This document shows positions 1-8,555 of a stretch of DNA of 64,000 nt, piece by piece (position 1 is the stretch's first letter; the number at the start of each line of letters is the position of its first letter). A model generated the notes under the pieces. It saw nothing but the letters and a program-made list of their open reading frames with translations, was not told where the DNA came from and did no database searches. The DNA comes from Acidobacteriota bacterium (GTDB lineage: Bacteria > Acidobacteriota > CAIWXX01), in contig JBFMAF010000018.1 in NCBI GenBank assembly GCA_040755995.1, positions 32,001 to 96,000 of the forward strand, written 5' to 3'. Position numbers and translations under genes: made by a program.

Positions 1-651
1 TCCCTCCAGTCGATTCGCTCCCACCCACAACCTCTCAAGATTCGCCAGGTTGCCCAGCTCCGGCGGGATGCTCCCGGTGAGACTATTGTGGTGCAGCCAC
101 AGATTCCGCAGGCTGTGGAGATCACCGAGGACCGGCGGAATGACACCGCCTAGCGCGTTGTAGCTGAGGTCCAGCCCGGTCAGATTGGCAAGGTTGCCCA
201 GTTCCCCCGGAATGTCGCCGCTCAGCTGGTTGGCTGAAAGGTCGAGGGAGTCGAGTTGGCCAAGACTGCCCAGTACCGCTGGTATGTTGCCGGTCAGCTG
301 GTTGCCTCTCAACCATAGAGTCTGCAGGTTCGTGAGCTGTACCAGGTCCGCTGGTATCGCCCCGCCCAGCCAGTTACCATCGAGCCGCACCTCAATCACA
401 GTGGAATTCCCCGGGTCCGTGGTAATGCCGTACCAGCTGCCCTCGGTGCCTGCGCTCGCGAAGCCGTCGGGAGCCAAGGGTGGCGTCTTCCAGCCGGTGT
501 TGACCTTCCAGTAGTCTCCGCCGGTGCTATTGTAAAGCGCGATAAGCGTGGCGCGCTCGGCGGCCGGTATCGCTGCCGAAACCGGCGTCGCCGAAAGCGC
601 CGGCGAGCACACGATCGCGAACAGCGTCCAGAATGTCTTCTTCCCGTTCAT
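1..651 (-). CDS. Secreted leucine-rich-repeat protein with plant-type LRRs; runs off the window start
   Basis: Not in the ORF track; translated by hand from ATG 651. Signal peptide MNGKKTFWTLFAIVCSPALSA, cap ERATLIALYNSTGGDYW..TGW, then 24-aa repeats such as LTGNIPAVLGSLGQLDSLDLSANQ, LSGDIPGELGNLANL, LTGSIPPELGNLANL. GGGAGG RBS upstream. Confidence 0.9.
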   Translation of the reverse strand, partial: MNGKKTFWTLFAIVCSPALSATPVSAAIPAAERATLIALYNSTGGDYWKVNTGWKTPPLAPDGFASAGTEGSWYGITTDPGNSTVIEVRLDGNWLGGAIPADLVQLTNLQTLWLRGNQLTGNIPAVLGSLGQLDSLDLSANQLSGDIPGELGNLANLTGLDLSYNALGGVIPPVLGDLHSLRNLWLHHNSLTGSIPPELGNLANLERLWVGANRLEG

Positions 652-697
652 CTGAAACCTCCCTTGTCGATTGTGTCTGTTCCCTTCACCCGAGAGT

Positions 698-727
698 GGC
701 GACAAATCGGCGCGAACAGGCTCACGC
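698..727 (-). promoter_or_regulatory. Candidate ECF-sigma promoter (GCGTGAGCC-N16-TCGC) upstream of the LRR gene
   Basis: The same bipartite motif recurs at 8417-8447 upstream of another secreted-protein gene. Confidence 0.35.
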
Positions 728-876
728 GGGGCCCCTTTGTTGCTCGAGATAGCCCGGTCGTTCCGGCTGATGAGAGCGCTGTGGCATCGCCATGCCAAAC
801 GGGGCTGCGTACCGGTTCCCGTATCCGTTGGCGATTGCGGACCTGGTGGGGTACCGGTGCGTCGTAGGCTAGTTGG

Positions 877-2193
877 TCAAAGCCCGCGCCTCGCCAGGTT
901 CAGACGATGAGACTTGCCGATGACCCGTTTGAATTTGGGATCGACATCCGCTTCGGAAGCGTAACGCGGCCACTGGGAAATCGCGTTCGCGACCTGTCCC
1001 AGCAACGCAGGGGCACCCTTGATGCCCATCTGGTCGGCCACGGCAAGCAGATCGGCCGGTGTGAAATCGTCGCGCTTGCCGTTGATGCTCATCTGGTGGC
1101 GGTTGGTCCACTTCCCGGCCGGGTTGAATGACCACGTGACATCGAAGGCCGGGGAGAGCCGCCACTGGCCGTTCTTTTCCATCAGGAACGCGATGTTGCG
1201 GGTGTGGTCATCCTGGTTGCGGGCGAGCACGTTGAATATCATGCGCCGGTACATCTCCCGCATCGTTTCATATCCGAGATTGAGTCTCTGGATGATCGAG
1301 AATGCCTGCTCATAACCGTGCTCCCCGGCAGCGTTGAAGTCGAAGTGCCCAAGGGCACAGAGGGACTGCATGTGGATCTTCTCGCCCTGGGGCGTCCTGT
1401 CAAACCGCCGGGTCATGAAATGCGATCGCCCTCCCTCGTGGAGCAGCCGGCACGGAAACATATCGATTCCAGCAGCCGCGGCCATCAGGTGGTACGCATA
1501 TTCGACACAGCCGAATCCTTGCGGGTCTCCGAGCGTGGCCTCGTTGACGCCATCGAGCTTGAGTATCCACGGCTCGAATCCAGCCGGCGCGGGCACCTGG
1601 CCGGAGCGCACTTCGTTGGTCTTCGGGTTCCAGGCTATGACAGCCTTTGCCCGGTTGCCCCCGGCCGAAGTGCCTACGCGAATGATGGTGTTGACCGCCT
1701 CGGTCCTGGCCCGAGTCAGGCGCACCGCCCAACTGGCACGATGTCGCAGTATCTCCGCGGCCAGTTGGGTCAGCTCGGATACTTCGATGGGGATCGCCTT
1801 GCGCGCGACAGGACCCAGCGCAGGCCGGAATTCCAAGGCCCCCATGCCGCGGGTCCCCATGTAGCAGAGCCGCTCCACGGGGGTGAAATCGTTCGCGGAG
1901 CGTCCATGTTGCGCGAGCCAGAGGTCTATCAAACGGTTCCCGAAGCGATCCGGCAAGGCATCCGCCAACAGGCCAGGCAATCCCTTGAAGGTATCCCCGT
2001 TGAGGCCGGCGAATGAGAAGATGCCAATCCGCAATGGCATCATCAGGGGGGCAACGTTCAGACCCTGGCGCAAGAACTCGGGAGCGTACTCGAATCGGCC
2101 TATGCCGCGCTCCTCGTCCCAGGCAACCGCTCCAACATCCTGCCCCCAGAGCAGGACGGCCGCCACGCCGACCCTGCGGATGCGCGCCGCCAC
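877..2193 (-). CDS. hipA: HipA-family Ser/Thr kinase toxin
   Basis: Couple_hipA-like N-terminus (FEY..EF, DALPDRFG), Gly-rich loop GTSAGGNRAK, catalytic NQDDHTRN, LSPAFD. Confidence 0.9.
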   Translation of the reverse strand: MAARIRRVGVAAVLLWGQDVGAVAWDEERGIGRFEYAPEFLRQGLNVAPLMMPLRIGIFSFAGLNGDTFKGLPGLLADALPDRFGNRLIDLWLAQHGRSANDFTPVERLCYMGTRGMGALEFRPALGPVARKAIPIEVSELTQLAAEILRHRASWAVRLTRARTEAVNTIIRVGTSAGGNRAKAVIAWNPKTNEVRSGQVPAPAGFEPWILKLDGVNEATLGDPQGFGCVEYAYHLMAAAAGIDMFPCRLLHEGGRSHFMTRRFDRTPQGEKIHMQSLCALGHFDFNAAGEHGYEQAFSIIQRLNLGYETMREMYRRMIFNVLARNQDDHTRNIAFLMEKNGQWRLSPAFDVTWSFNPAGKWTNRHQMSINGKRDDFTPADLLAVADQMGIKGAPALLGQVANAISQWPRYASEADVDPKFKRVIGKSHRLNLARRGL

Positions 2194-2196
2194 GGT

Positions 2197-2514
2197 CTAG
2201 TCCCGGATCTTGCCGCGCCGACCCGAAGCGCGGCGGCGCGCGCGCCCCTTGAGCTTGGCGAGTTGAATAGGGCTCAGACCCGGCTCCGGCAGGAATACGT
2301 CCAGTTGATCAAGAAGTGCCAGTGCTCGGAGGATACGAATCAGACTCTCCAGTGTGCACCCGCGCCCGCCTTCAAGGCGCTGCACGACGATACGGGAGAC
2401 CCCCGCCCGTTCCGAGAGCATTGCCTGGGTCATGTTCGAGTTCAAGCGCTGCCGACTCACACGCTCGCCGAGTGTTGCGAGAATCCCCTTGTCACTCATA
2501 GCCTGGTAATCCAC
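2197..2514 (-). CDS. hipB: XRE-family HTH antitoxin, HipB-like
   Basis: MTQAMLSERAGVSRIVVQRLEGG HTH; ends 3 nt upstream of hipA; GGAGGG RBS. Confidence 0.85.
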   Translation of the reverse strand: MDYQAMSDKGILATLGERVSRQRLNSNMTQAMLSERAGVSRIVVQRLEGGRGCTLESLIRILRALALLDQLDVFLPEPGLSPIQLAKLKGRARRRASGRRGKIRD

Positions 2515-2544
2515 TACACACCCTCCAGATCAAGAACGTCCATG

Positions 2545-2573
2545 AGTATGCCATCGTGAGTCCGAAATGTCAA
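2545..2573 (-). promoter_or_regulatory. Sigma70-type promoter for hipBA
   Basis: TTGACA-N17-CATACT on the minus strand. Confidence 0.7.
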
Positions 2574-2579
2574 CACTGA

Positions 2580-2599
2580 ATGACTTATTATTAAGGCAT
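2580..2599. promoter_or_regulatory. Imperfect palindrome, candidate HipB operator
   Basis: ATGACTTATTATTAAGGCAT matches its reverse complement at 16/20 positions. It lies just upstream of the -35 in an AT-rich patch. Confidence 0.5.
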
Positions 2600-2891
2600 A
2601 ATGGCCGCGCGATGGCTCTTATGCACTATATGTATAGCACTATATCAGATGTCCGTTGAGGCGGACTGCCTGGAAACCCAGCCGAGCAGCAGCCTCCGAT
2701 CGACCAGGAATGCGAGGCAGCGTGGCCGCGCCTCGCGTAGAGAGCTGAGCGGGGAGACTGGGTCAGCTCCGGTGCGGCGGTGTCGTCCATCAGCATCTTG
2801 GTACACATGAATAGCGACTTGCGGTCGCGGCCCTTGATGGCGTCGCCGACACTCATATCGCAACACGTCCCGACACAGCCGGGGCTCGCTG

Positions 2892-3491
2892 TCATGCCTG
2901 CTGGTCCGTTGAATCAGCATCACCGGGGTGATTCTTGGAGGCGACTAGCTGCTCGTGCAGCCAGGCCCTCGCCATGGTCCACTCGCGCTTGACAGTCGCG
3001 ACCGAGATGCCGAGTACCTCGGCGATCTCCCCGTTGTTGAGGCCGCCGAAGAACCGAAGCTCCACGATGCGGCTCTGGCGCGGGTCGAAGACTGCGAGGC
3101 TCTTGAGTGCATCGTCAAGGGCGATCACGTCCACGCCCCTCTGTTCGGCCGAGGCCGCCATCGTATCGAGAGTGACGTGGCTGTCGCCGCCGCCACGCTT
3201 AGCGCGCCGCCGCGTGCGGGCGTAGTCGACCAGGATGCGCCGCATTGTCTCGGCGGCGATCCCAAAGAAGTGCGCGCGGCTCTCCCAGCTCAGGTACTCC
3301 TGCCCGACCAGCCGCAGATAGACCTCGTTGACCAGGGCCGTGGCCTGTAACGTGTGGTGTGGGCGTTCACTGCGCAACTGGCGGCGGGCGATGCGGCGGA
3401 GCTCGTCGTAGACCACCGGCATGAGCTCCTTGAGCGCGCTCTGGTCGCCCTTGACCCACGCATTCAGAGCCAGGGTGAATTCGTGTGACAC
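2892..3491 (-). CDS. ECF sigma factor, TIGR02999/ECF43-like (kinase-associated)
   Basis: VYDELRRIA, HTLQATALVNEVY, RRAKRGGG, VELRFFGGL...EIAEVLGIS..TVKREW..ARAWL. Confidence 0.92.
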   Translation of the reverse strand: MSHEFTLALNAWVKGDQSALKELMPVVYDELRRIARRQLRSERPHHTLQATALVNEVYLRLVGQEYLSWESRAHFFGIAAETMRRILVDYARTRRRAKRGGGDSHVTLDTMAASAEQRGVDVIALDDALKSLAVFDPRQSRIVELRFFGGLNNGEIAEVLGISVATVKREWTMARAWLHEQLVASKNHPGDADSTDQQA

Positions 3492-3644
3492 TGGCTGATC
3501 CCCCGATCCTCTCTGCCGGAATTCCGGCTCAGTATAGCACGAGGGTTCAACAGGACCGAAGTGGAAATGGCCAGAGTCAGCGGCGAAGTCCTCGCATCGC
3601 CAGGGTGAAGGCTGGTGGCGCTCCGAGGACTGCTCTTGCCGTCG

Positions 3645-6600
3645 TCAACCTGTCAGCTCGAGAGCTCGGACCTGGTCCAGTACCGGCTGGTATTCTCGGC
3701 TCAGATAGGCATTGATCTGCAAGGCCTTGACTAGCGCAGCTTCTGCCTCGCCGGCAGCCTCTGCCCGTCGTTCGGGAGCCTTTTCGATTCGTGTCCGCAG
3801 CAGCAGCAGGCAGCCTCGGCACGCGTACGCCTCGGCCATCCCGGGGTTTACGGCCAGGGCCTTATCCACCATCGCCAGCCCCTCGGAGAGATCTGCGTCG
3901 AATGTTTGCCCGTCCGCCAGCTTCCACGTTGCTCGCCGCCGGCAGACCTGTGCGATCTCCTCATACGTCTCCGCCGAATCCGGGTTCAATTTCGCGGACT
4001 GATCGAAGGCATCGGCCGCCTTCTCCAGAGCAGACTCGGGTGACTTGCGCCTCTGCCTCAGGAAGTCGGCTTCGAGCAGCTCCACTCTGCCCACGGTCTG
4101 GTATATCGCATAGTCGTCCCGGTTCACATCGAGGGCTTTCTGCAGGAATGCACGGGCCTGCCGCAGTGAATCGGCGGGCGAGAGGCCGGCCATGGCCTTG
4201 TACCGAGCCTCGGCAAGATAGACCCGGCCCAGGTACGCGCTGCTGATCCCGCCGACTTCGTCGGCGTTCTTTGGATCGAGCTCATATGATTTCGTTAGGC
4301 TCTCAAGCGAGCGTCTCAGAGCAACGCGAGGGTCCAAGTCTCGGATGATTTCATACTCTGCTTCCAACAGGTGGAGCCTGCCAAGGCAGTTATAAGCGAT
4401 ATCAACCTTCAATTCCGGGACAACGACCTTGTCCAGATGGCTGAGAGCAAGGCGCAGTGAATCTCGGGGATCCCGACCATGGCTCATCTCATGACTAGCC
4501 AGGTCGGCGCAGGTAATGGCGAGGGTAGAGACCCACAGTGCGTGGCCCGGGTTGATTTCGATGCACCTCAGGTGGTGTTGAATGGCTTCACGGAAGGATT
4601 CTGTTGGGTCGCGTCCATGGGTCATCTCATGTTCGCCCCGGAGGGCGAGGCCAAATGCGAGGCTGTTGTAACCGCCCGTGGACTTCGGATTGATCACAAC
4701 CGCAGTGCGGGCGCTCTCGATTCCTCGGTGGATCGAATTCTCGGGATTGATGCCGTGCGCCATCTCATACTGGGCCAGAAACAGGTACTGGACAGAGAGG
4801 TTTCCATGGGCCATATGGTTGTTTGGATTCAATTCGACGACCCGGCGCGACTCCGCTATCGCCCTCTCTAGCGAACCTCGAGGATCCAGCCCGCAACCTT
4901 TTTCGAAAACTCCCACCTGCGTATACACGAGCCCGAGAAACAAGTGCGCGCGCTGGTTGCCCGGATCGATACGAATGCTCTTCTCTGCATGCGGAACCGC
5001 CTCTCGGAGGGTCTCCCTTGGATCCTGCCCGATGGCTCTTTCGAACAGCCCCTTGATCCAGAACGGGGTACCGAGCTCGGCGTGGGCCTCGGAACTGCCT
5101 GGGTTCAAAGAAACGGCCCTGCGGGCCGCTTCGATCGCTCGATCCAGCATGGCCGACGGGTCTTCGCCGCGCCTGTATTGATATTCACCCAGGCGGAAGA
5201 ATGCCCTGGCTTTCTGCCGGTATGCGTCCGCGTTGTCGGGGTCTGCCTTGAGTGCATCGTCACACGCCTGGATGGCTTCTTTGAAAGCGGGCTCGGGAGA
5301 TGCCCCGCTTTGATAGAGCTGCATGACCATCAGGTCTGTCTTCAGCGCGCAGAGCGCTTCGTAGACTGCGCTATCGCTTTCGCCCTTCTCCAGCGCTTCC
5401 CGATAGGCGGCCTCGGCCTGTTCGTATGAGCTCGACGCGCGCTCATTGTCGCCGTTGTCCCGGTAGCGGTTCCCGATGCTCACGTAGACATCGCCCATGA
5501 GCTTCTTCGCCTCGTAGAGGGAAGGGAACCGGTCGGCGGCCGACTGAGCCTTCTTGAGCGCATTGTCATAGTCCTTATCCATGAAAGCTATGAGCGCCTC
5601 CAGATACTCGGAAGATCCAGTAATGCCGGTCCGCCCCCATGAGATCATCTCCAGGGCAGGCCGCTTGAACCGTTCATCGATGTCCTTCCACTTCGCTTCC
5701 CTGGATGCTTTATCCGTTATCCTCTCCGCCTCTGCGAGCTCGACCTGGTAGAGCATCGCCATGGTCAAGCCGAGTGCATAGGCAACTGGGGGTGTCTGCA
5801 GTCCAGACTGGTACCAGGCGCTTTCCAGGTGCTCCCTGGCCCGCCGGTAGTCCCGCAAGGCCAGGTACCCGCGGCCGAGCGCATACTCACCGAGTCCGGT
5901 CGCGATCCGGCCGCTCTCGCCCATCTTCTGCTTGATCCACTCCATCCTCTCGGTCACTCTCTGCTTCTCGGGTCGTATGTCGTGCAGGGGAAGCAGATAT
6001 GCCACTCGCAAGATGCTCTCGATCCGCTCCACCTCCTGCCCGAACTGCTGGGCCAGCTCTGCCTGCTCTCCGGCCTTCCAGCGCGCGTGCAGGGCGACGC
6101 CCGCAGAAACCAGAATGGAGACGATGGCCAGAGCCGCCATGCCTGCGGCCGCCTTGTTCTTGCGCGCGCGCCTGTAGTACCGGTGAGCGATCCCGATTCG
6201 GCTGGCCTGAACCGGTTCCCCGTCGAGATACCGCTGCAGGTCAGCCGCGAGATCTTTTGCGGATTCGTACCGCCTCTGTGGTTCCTTTTCGAGGCACTTC
6301 ATGACCGCCGTCTCGAGGTCCACGGGAATCCTCGGATCCAGCTTGCGCAGGGGAGCGGGTTCCAGGCTGAGCACCTTCATCAGGATCTCAGTCGCCGTAC
6401 CGCCCTCGAAAGGAGGCCGACCCGAAAGGGCTTCGTAGAGCGTGGCACCAAGGCTGTACACGTCGGACCGGCGGTCCAGCTGCCGGACCTCTCCGCGCGC
6501 CTGTTCGGGTGACATGTAGGCGGGCGTGCCCATGATCATCCCCGTCATGGTCATCCCATCGGCATGCTGTTCCCGAACGAGGCCGAAATCCATGACATAC

Positions 6601-7349
6601 GTCCACCAAGCCCCCTCCGGGGTCTTCTCGACCATGATATTCCGCGGTTTCAAATCACGGTGGATCAGCCCCATGCGGTGTGCGGCCTGCACCGCCTCCG
6701 CTGCCTCCCTCACTACCTTCACTTTCTGTTCCAGGCTCAACTCATCCTTGCAGCTGCTCAGAGTCTTCCCTTCGATGTACTGCATGGCGACGTAGTGCTT
6801 CCCCTCCACCTCGCCGACTTCATACACCTTGCAGACATGCTCGTGCTGCACCTGGGCCTGTGCCCGCGCCTCCTGCATGAATCGTTCAATCATCTTCGGA
6901 TCATCGCCACGCAGGAACTTCAAGGCCACCGGGCGTTTGAGCACGGGGTCGACGGCCCTGTAGACGCGTCCCATCCCGCCTTCCGCCACAAACTCGATGA
7001 GCTGATAGCGGTCCCAGCCGCGGACCGGAAGGTCAGTCTCTCCACGCTGATCGACGGCGGCGGACCCATCGCTCGGGACAGAATCTGTGCAGGGGCCACT
7101 GACCCCAGCCTCCAGAGAGCCTGCGGACTGCTCTGACCATATCCGAGCCACCCCTATGCCAGCGGCGTCCCCGATGAAGTCGTCCGCCATCTCGTGCGAC
7201 GCGAGTAGCGCGTTGACCTCCCTCAATAGAGCCTCATCGCCCGCGCACGCTTCCTGGATGAACTGAACACGCTCGCCCGGCTCCAGCTCGATTGCGGTCT
7301 GGAAAACTTCCTTGATGCGTGCCCAGCGTTCCGGCGTCACGTGCGTCAA
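3645..7349 (-). CDS. Membrane Ser/Thr protein kinase with C-terminal TPR array
   Basis: N-terminal TPERW..IKEVF, GGMGRVY, VALK, HRDLKPRN, DFG, GTPAYMSPE, a TM segment, then many TPR-like repeats. Confidence 0.92.
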   Translation of the reverse strand: MTHVTPERWARIKEVFQTAIELEPGERVQFIQEACAGDEALLREVNALLASHEMADDFIGDAAGIGVARIWSEQSAGSLEAGVSGPCTDSVPSDGSAAVDQRGETDLPVRGWDRYQLIEFVAEGGMGRVYRAVDPVLKRPVALKFLRGDDPKMIERFMQEARAQAQVQHEHVCKVYEVGEVEGKHYVAMQYIEGKTLSSCKDELSLEQKVKVVREAAEAVQAAHRMGLIHRDLKPRNIMVEKTPEGAWWTYVMDFGLVREQHADGMTMTGMIMGTPAYMSPEQARGEVRQLDRRSDVYSLGATLYEALSGRPPFEGGTATEILMKVLSLEPAPLRKLDPRIPVDLETAVMKCLEKEPQRRYESAKDLAADLQRYLDGEPVQASRIGIAHRYYRRARKNKAAAGMAALAIVSILVSAGVALHARWKAGEQAELAQQFGQEVERIESILRVAYLLPLHDIRPEKQRVTERMEWIKQKMGESGRIATGLGEYALGRGYLALRDYRRAREHLESAWYQSGLQTPPVAYALGLTMAMLYQVELAEAERITDKASREAKWKDIDERFKRPALEMISWGRTGITGSSEYLEALIAFMDKDYDNALKKAQSAADRFPSLYEAKKLMGDVYVSIGNRYRDNGDNERASSSYEQAEAAYREALEKGESDSAVYEALCALKTDLMVMQLYQSGASPEPAFKEAIQACDDALKADPDNADAYRQKARAFFRLGEYQYRRGEDPSAMLDRAIEAARRAVSLNPGSSEAHAELGTPFWIKGLFERAIGQDPRETLREAVPHAEKSIRIDPGNQRAHLFLGLVYTQVGVFEKGCGLDPRGSLERAIAESRRVVELNPNNHMAHGNLSVQYLFLAQYEMAHGINPENSIHRGIESARTAVVINPKSTGGYNSLAFGLALRGEHEMTHGRDPTESFREAIQHHLRCIEINPGHALWVSTLAITCADLASHEMSHGRDPRDSLRLALSHLDKVVVPELKVDIAYNCLGRLHLLEAEYEIIRDLDPRVALRRSLESLTKSYELDPKNADEVGGISSAYLGRVYLAEARYKAMAGLSPADSLRQARAFLQKALDVNRDDYAIYQTVGRVELLEADFLRQRRKSPESALEKAADAFDQSAKLNPDSAETYEEIAQVCRRRATWKLADGQTFDADLSEGLAMVDKALAVNPGMAEAYACRGCLLLLRTRIEKAPERRAEAAGEAEAALVKALQINAYLSREYQPVLDQVRALELTG

Positions 7350-7679
7350 TCCCCCTGGTCAGGTCAAACCGGTCGCAGATGTGAGTGAACCGTGTACTAC
7401 GATCGTCGCCCCCGAAGCGTTCGGTGATGCGACACGAGTATAACATGCCTCGCCCGAGTCAGCACGGCCCGGGCGCGTATGTGTGTCGGGTACGGGGCGG
7501 AGTACCTCTGTCTCGCGGCCGTGATCATGACGTACCTGGGGCGAGCGACGCCCACACTCCCTCATCCCCGGATTCACTCTGACGACGAGCGCGACAGTCA
7601 CCGTCCTGCTGGAGTCGTAGGCGACCTCTCGGGCGTGGCGGAAGCGACTACTTGCGGTTGAGGACTGCCCGGCAGATAA

Positions 7680-7698
7680 GGGGGCGGATTCCGCCCCC
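7680..7698 (-). terminator. GC hairpin downstream of the small secreted-protein gene
   Basis: GGGGGCGG-N3-CCGCCCCC followed by TTATCT on the minus strand; weak U-tract. Confidence 0.45.
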
Positions 7699-7712
7699 CA
7701 AGAGCTGGCCGG

Positions 7713-8183
7713 CTAGCAGATGATCTTCCAGGTGAACTTGGTCCAGTAGCTGTAGATGTAGTACGTGGAAGGACCCCAGTACGTATAGTCCCAGTAGTCC
7801 TCAGCGTACAGCTTGTAGTAGCGGCCGTTCGTGTAGCGGGCAACATAGAAGAGCCCGTTGCGTGTCACATAGCCCACCCACCTGTTGTTGACCGCCAGAT
7901 ATATCCGGCCGCCGTAAGCGCACCGGAACGCCTTCACGTTCCAATACAGGCTGAACTTCCCCTGCGGCGAATTCTCGAGGGTCCTCACTTCCGCAGCGGT
8001 GAGTGGCTTAAGTTCGGGCAGTTTGGCGAAGTCTGGTGGCTCTGATGGCCGGCCTGCACGGTCGGCGATCGCGTTCGCCTTGGTCGTCATCTCCTTGGTC
8101 GGCGCGGCGGCAGTGGCCGGCAGCGTCAGCATGGCCGCCGCTACCAGCATCACCGTCGTGAGTGCGAACAGTCTCCGAGTCAT
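7713..8183 (-). CDS. Small secreted Tyr/Trp-rich protein of unknown function (156 aa)
   Basis: AGGAGG RBS before ATG 8183; Sec signal MTRRLFALTTVMLVAAAMLTLPATAAA. The last 80 aa contain 16 Tyr, 6 Trp, 4 Phe and 2 Cys. Confidence 0.8.
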   Translation of the reverse strand: MTRRLFALTTVMLVAAAMLTLPATAAAPTKEMTTKANAIADRAGRPSEPPDFAKLPELKPLTAAEVRTLENSPQGKFSLYWNVKAFRCAYGGRIYLAVNNRWVGYVTRNGLFYVARYTNGRYYKLYAEDYWDYTYWGPSTYYIYSYWTKFTWKIIC

Positions 8184-8348
8184 TCTTCCTCCTCTCGATG
8201 TCCGTTTGGGCCCGGACACTTGGTGCCCGTTCCCCCGGTTGACGAAATCCCTGATAACGTAATGCTCATTTCCCTGCCGTGCATGGACGCGGCCCCAAGA
8301 GAGTCCCCTTCTCGTCTTCCATGAGCTCGACCTCTCACGGTGCGTATA

Positions 8349-8366
8349 TTGCAACTCCCCTGCCAA
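8349..8366 (-). promoter_or_regulatory. Sigma54 (-24/-12) promoter
   Basis: TTGGCAGGGGAGTTGCAA has the exact GG-N10-GC spacing and faces the 8183 gene. Confidence 0.8.
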
Positions 8367-8416
8367 ACACTCCGCCAGCCAGTGGGCTCAAGGATTCATC
8401 CCTATTCTCAGCCACT

Positions 8417-8447
8417 TGCGAAATGAGCCCCTGAGATCGGCTCACGC
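8417..8447 (-). promoter_or_regulatory. Candidate ECF-sigma promoter (GCGTGAGCC-N17-TCGC)
   Basis: Second copy of the motif at 698-727. Confidence 0.35.
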
Positions 8448-8480
8448 TCGGGAGTGAACCGGTCGCGAAGCGATAGGAAC

Positions 8481-8501
8481 ACTATGAAGTCACTTCATAG
8501 T
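8481..8501. promoter_or_regulatory. Perfect inverted repeat, candidate enhancer (UAS) or operator
   Basis: ACTATGAAGT-C-ACTTCATAGT, 115-135 bp upstream of the sigma54 site. Confidence 0.6.
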
Positions 8502-8555
8502 CGTTGCTCCCTTTTCATATGATTTTTCCTCAGCATTTTGGTACTATCAGACACT

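Noticed and set aside
782..797. TGGCATCGCCATGCCA as a sigma54 promoter
   Set aside because: GG-to-GC spacing is one base short on both strands; it is only a palindrome of unknown role.
2626..2895. ORF overlapping the ECF stop (ATGA)
   Set aside because: No recognisable motif; runs into the hipBA promoter region; coding status unsupported.
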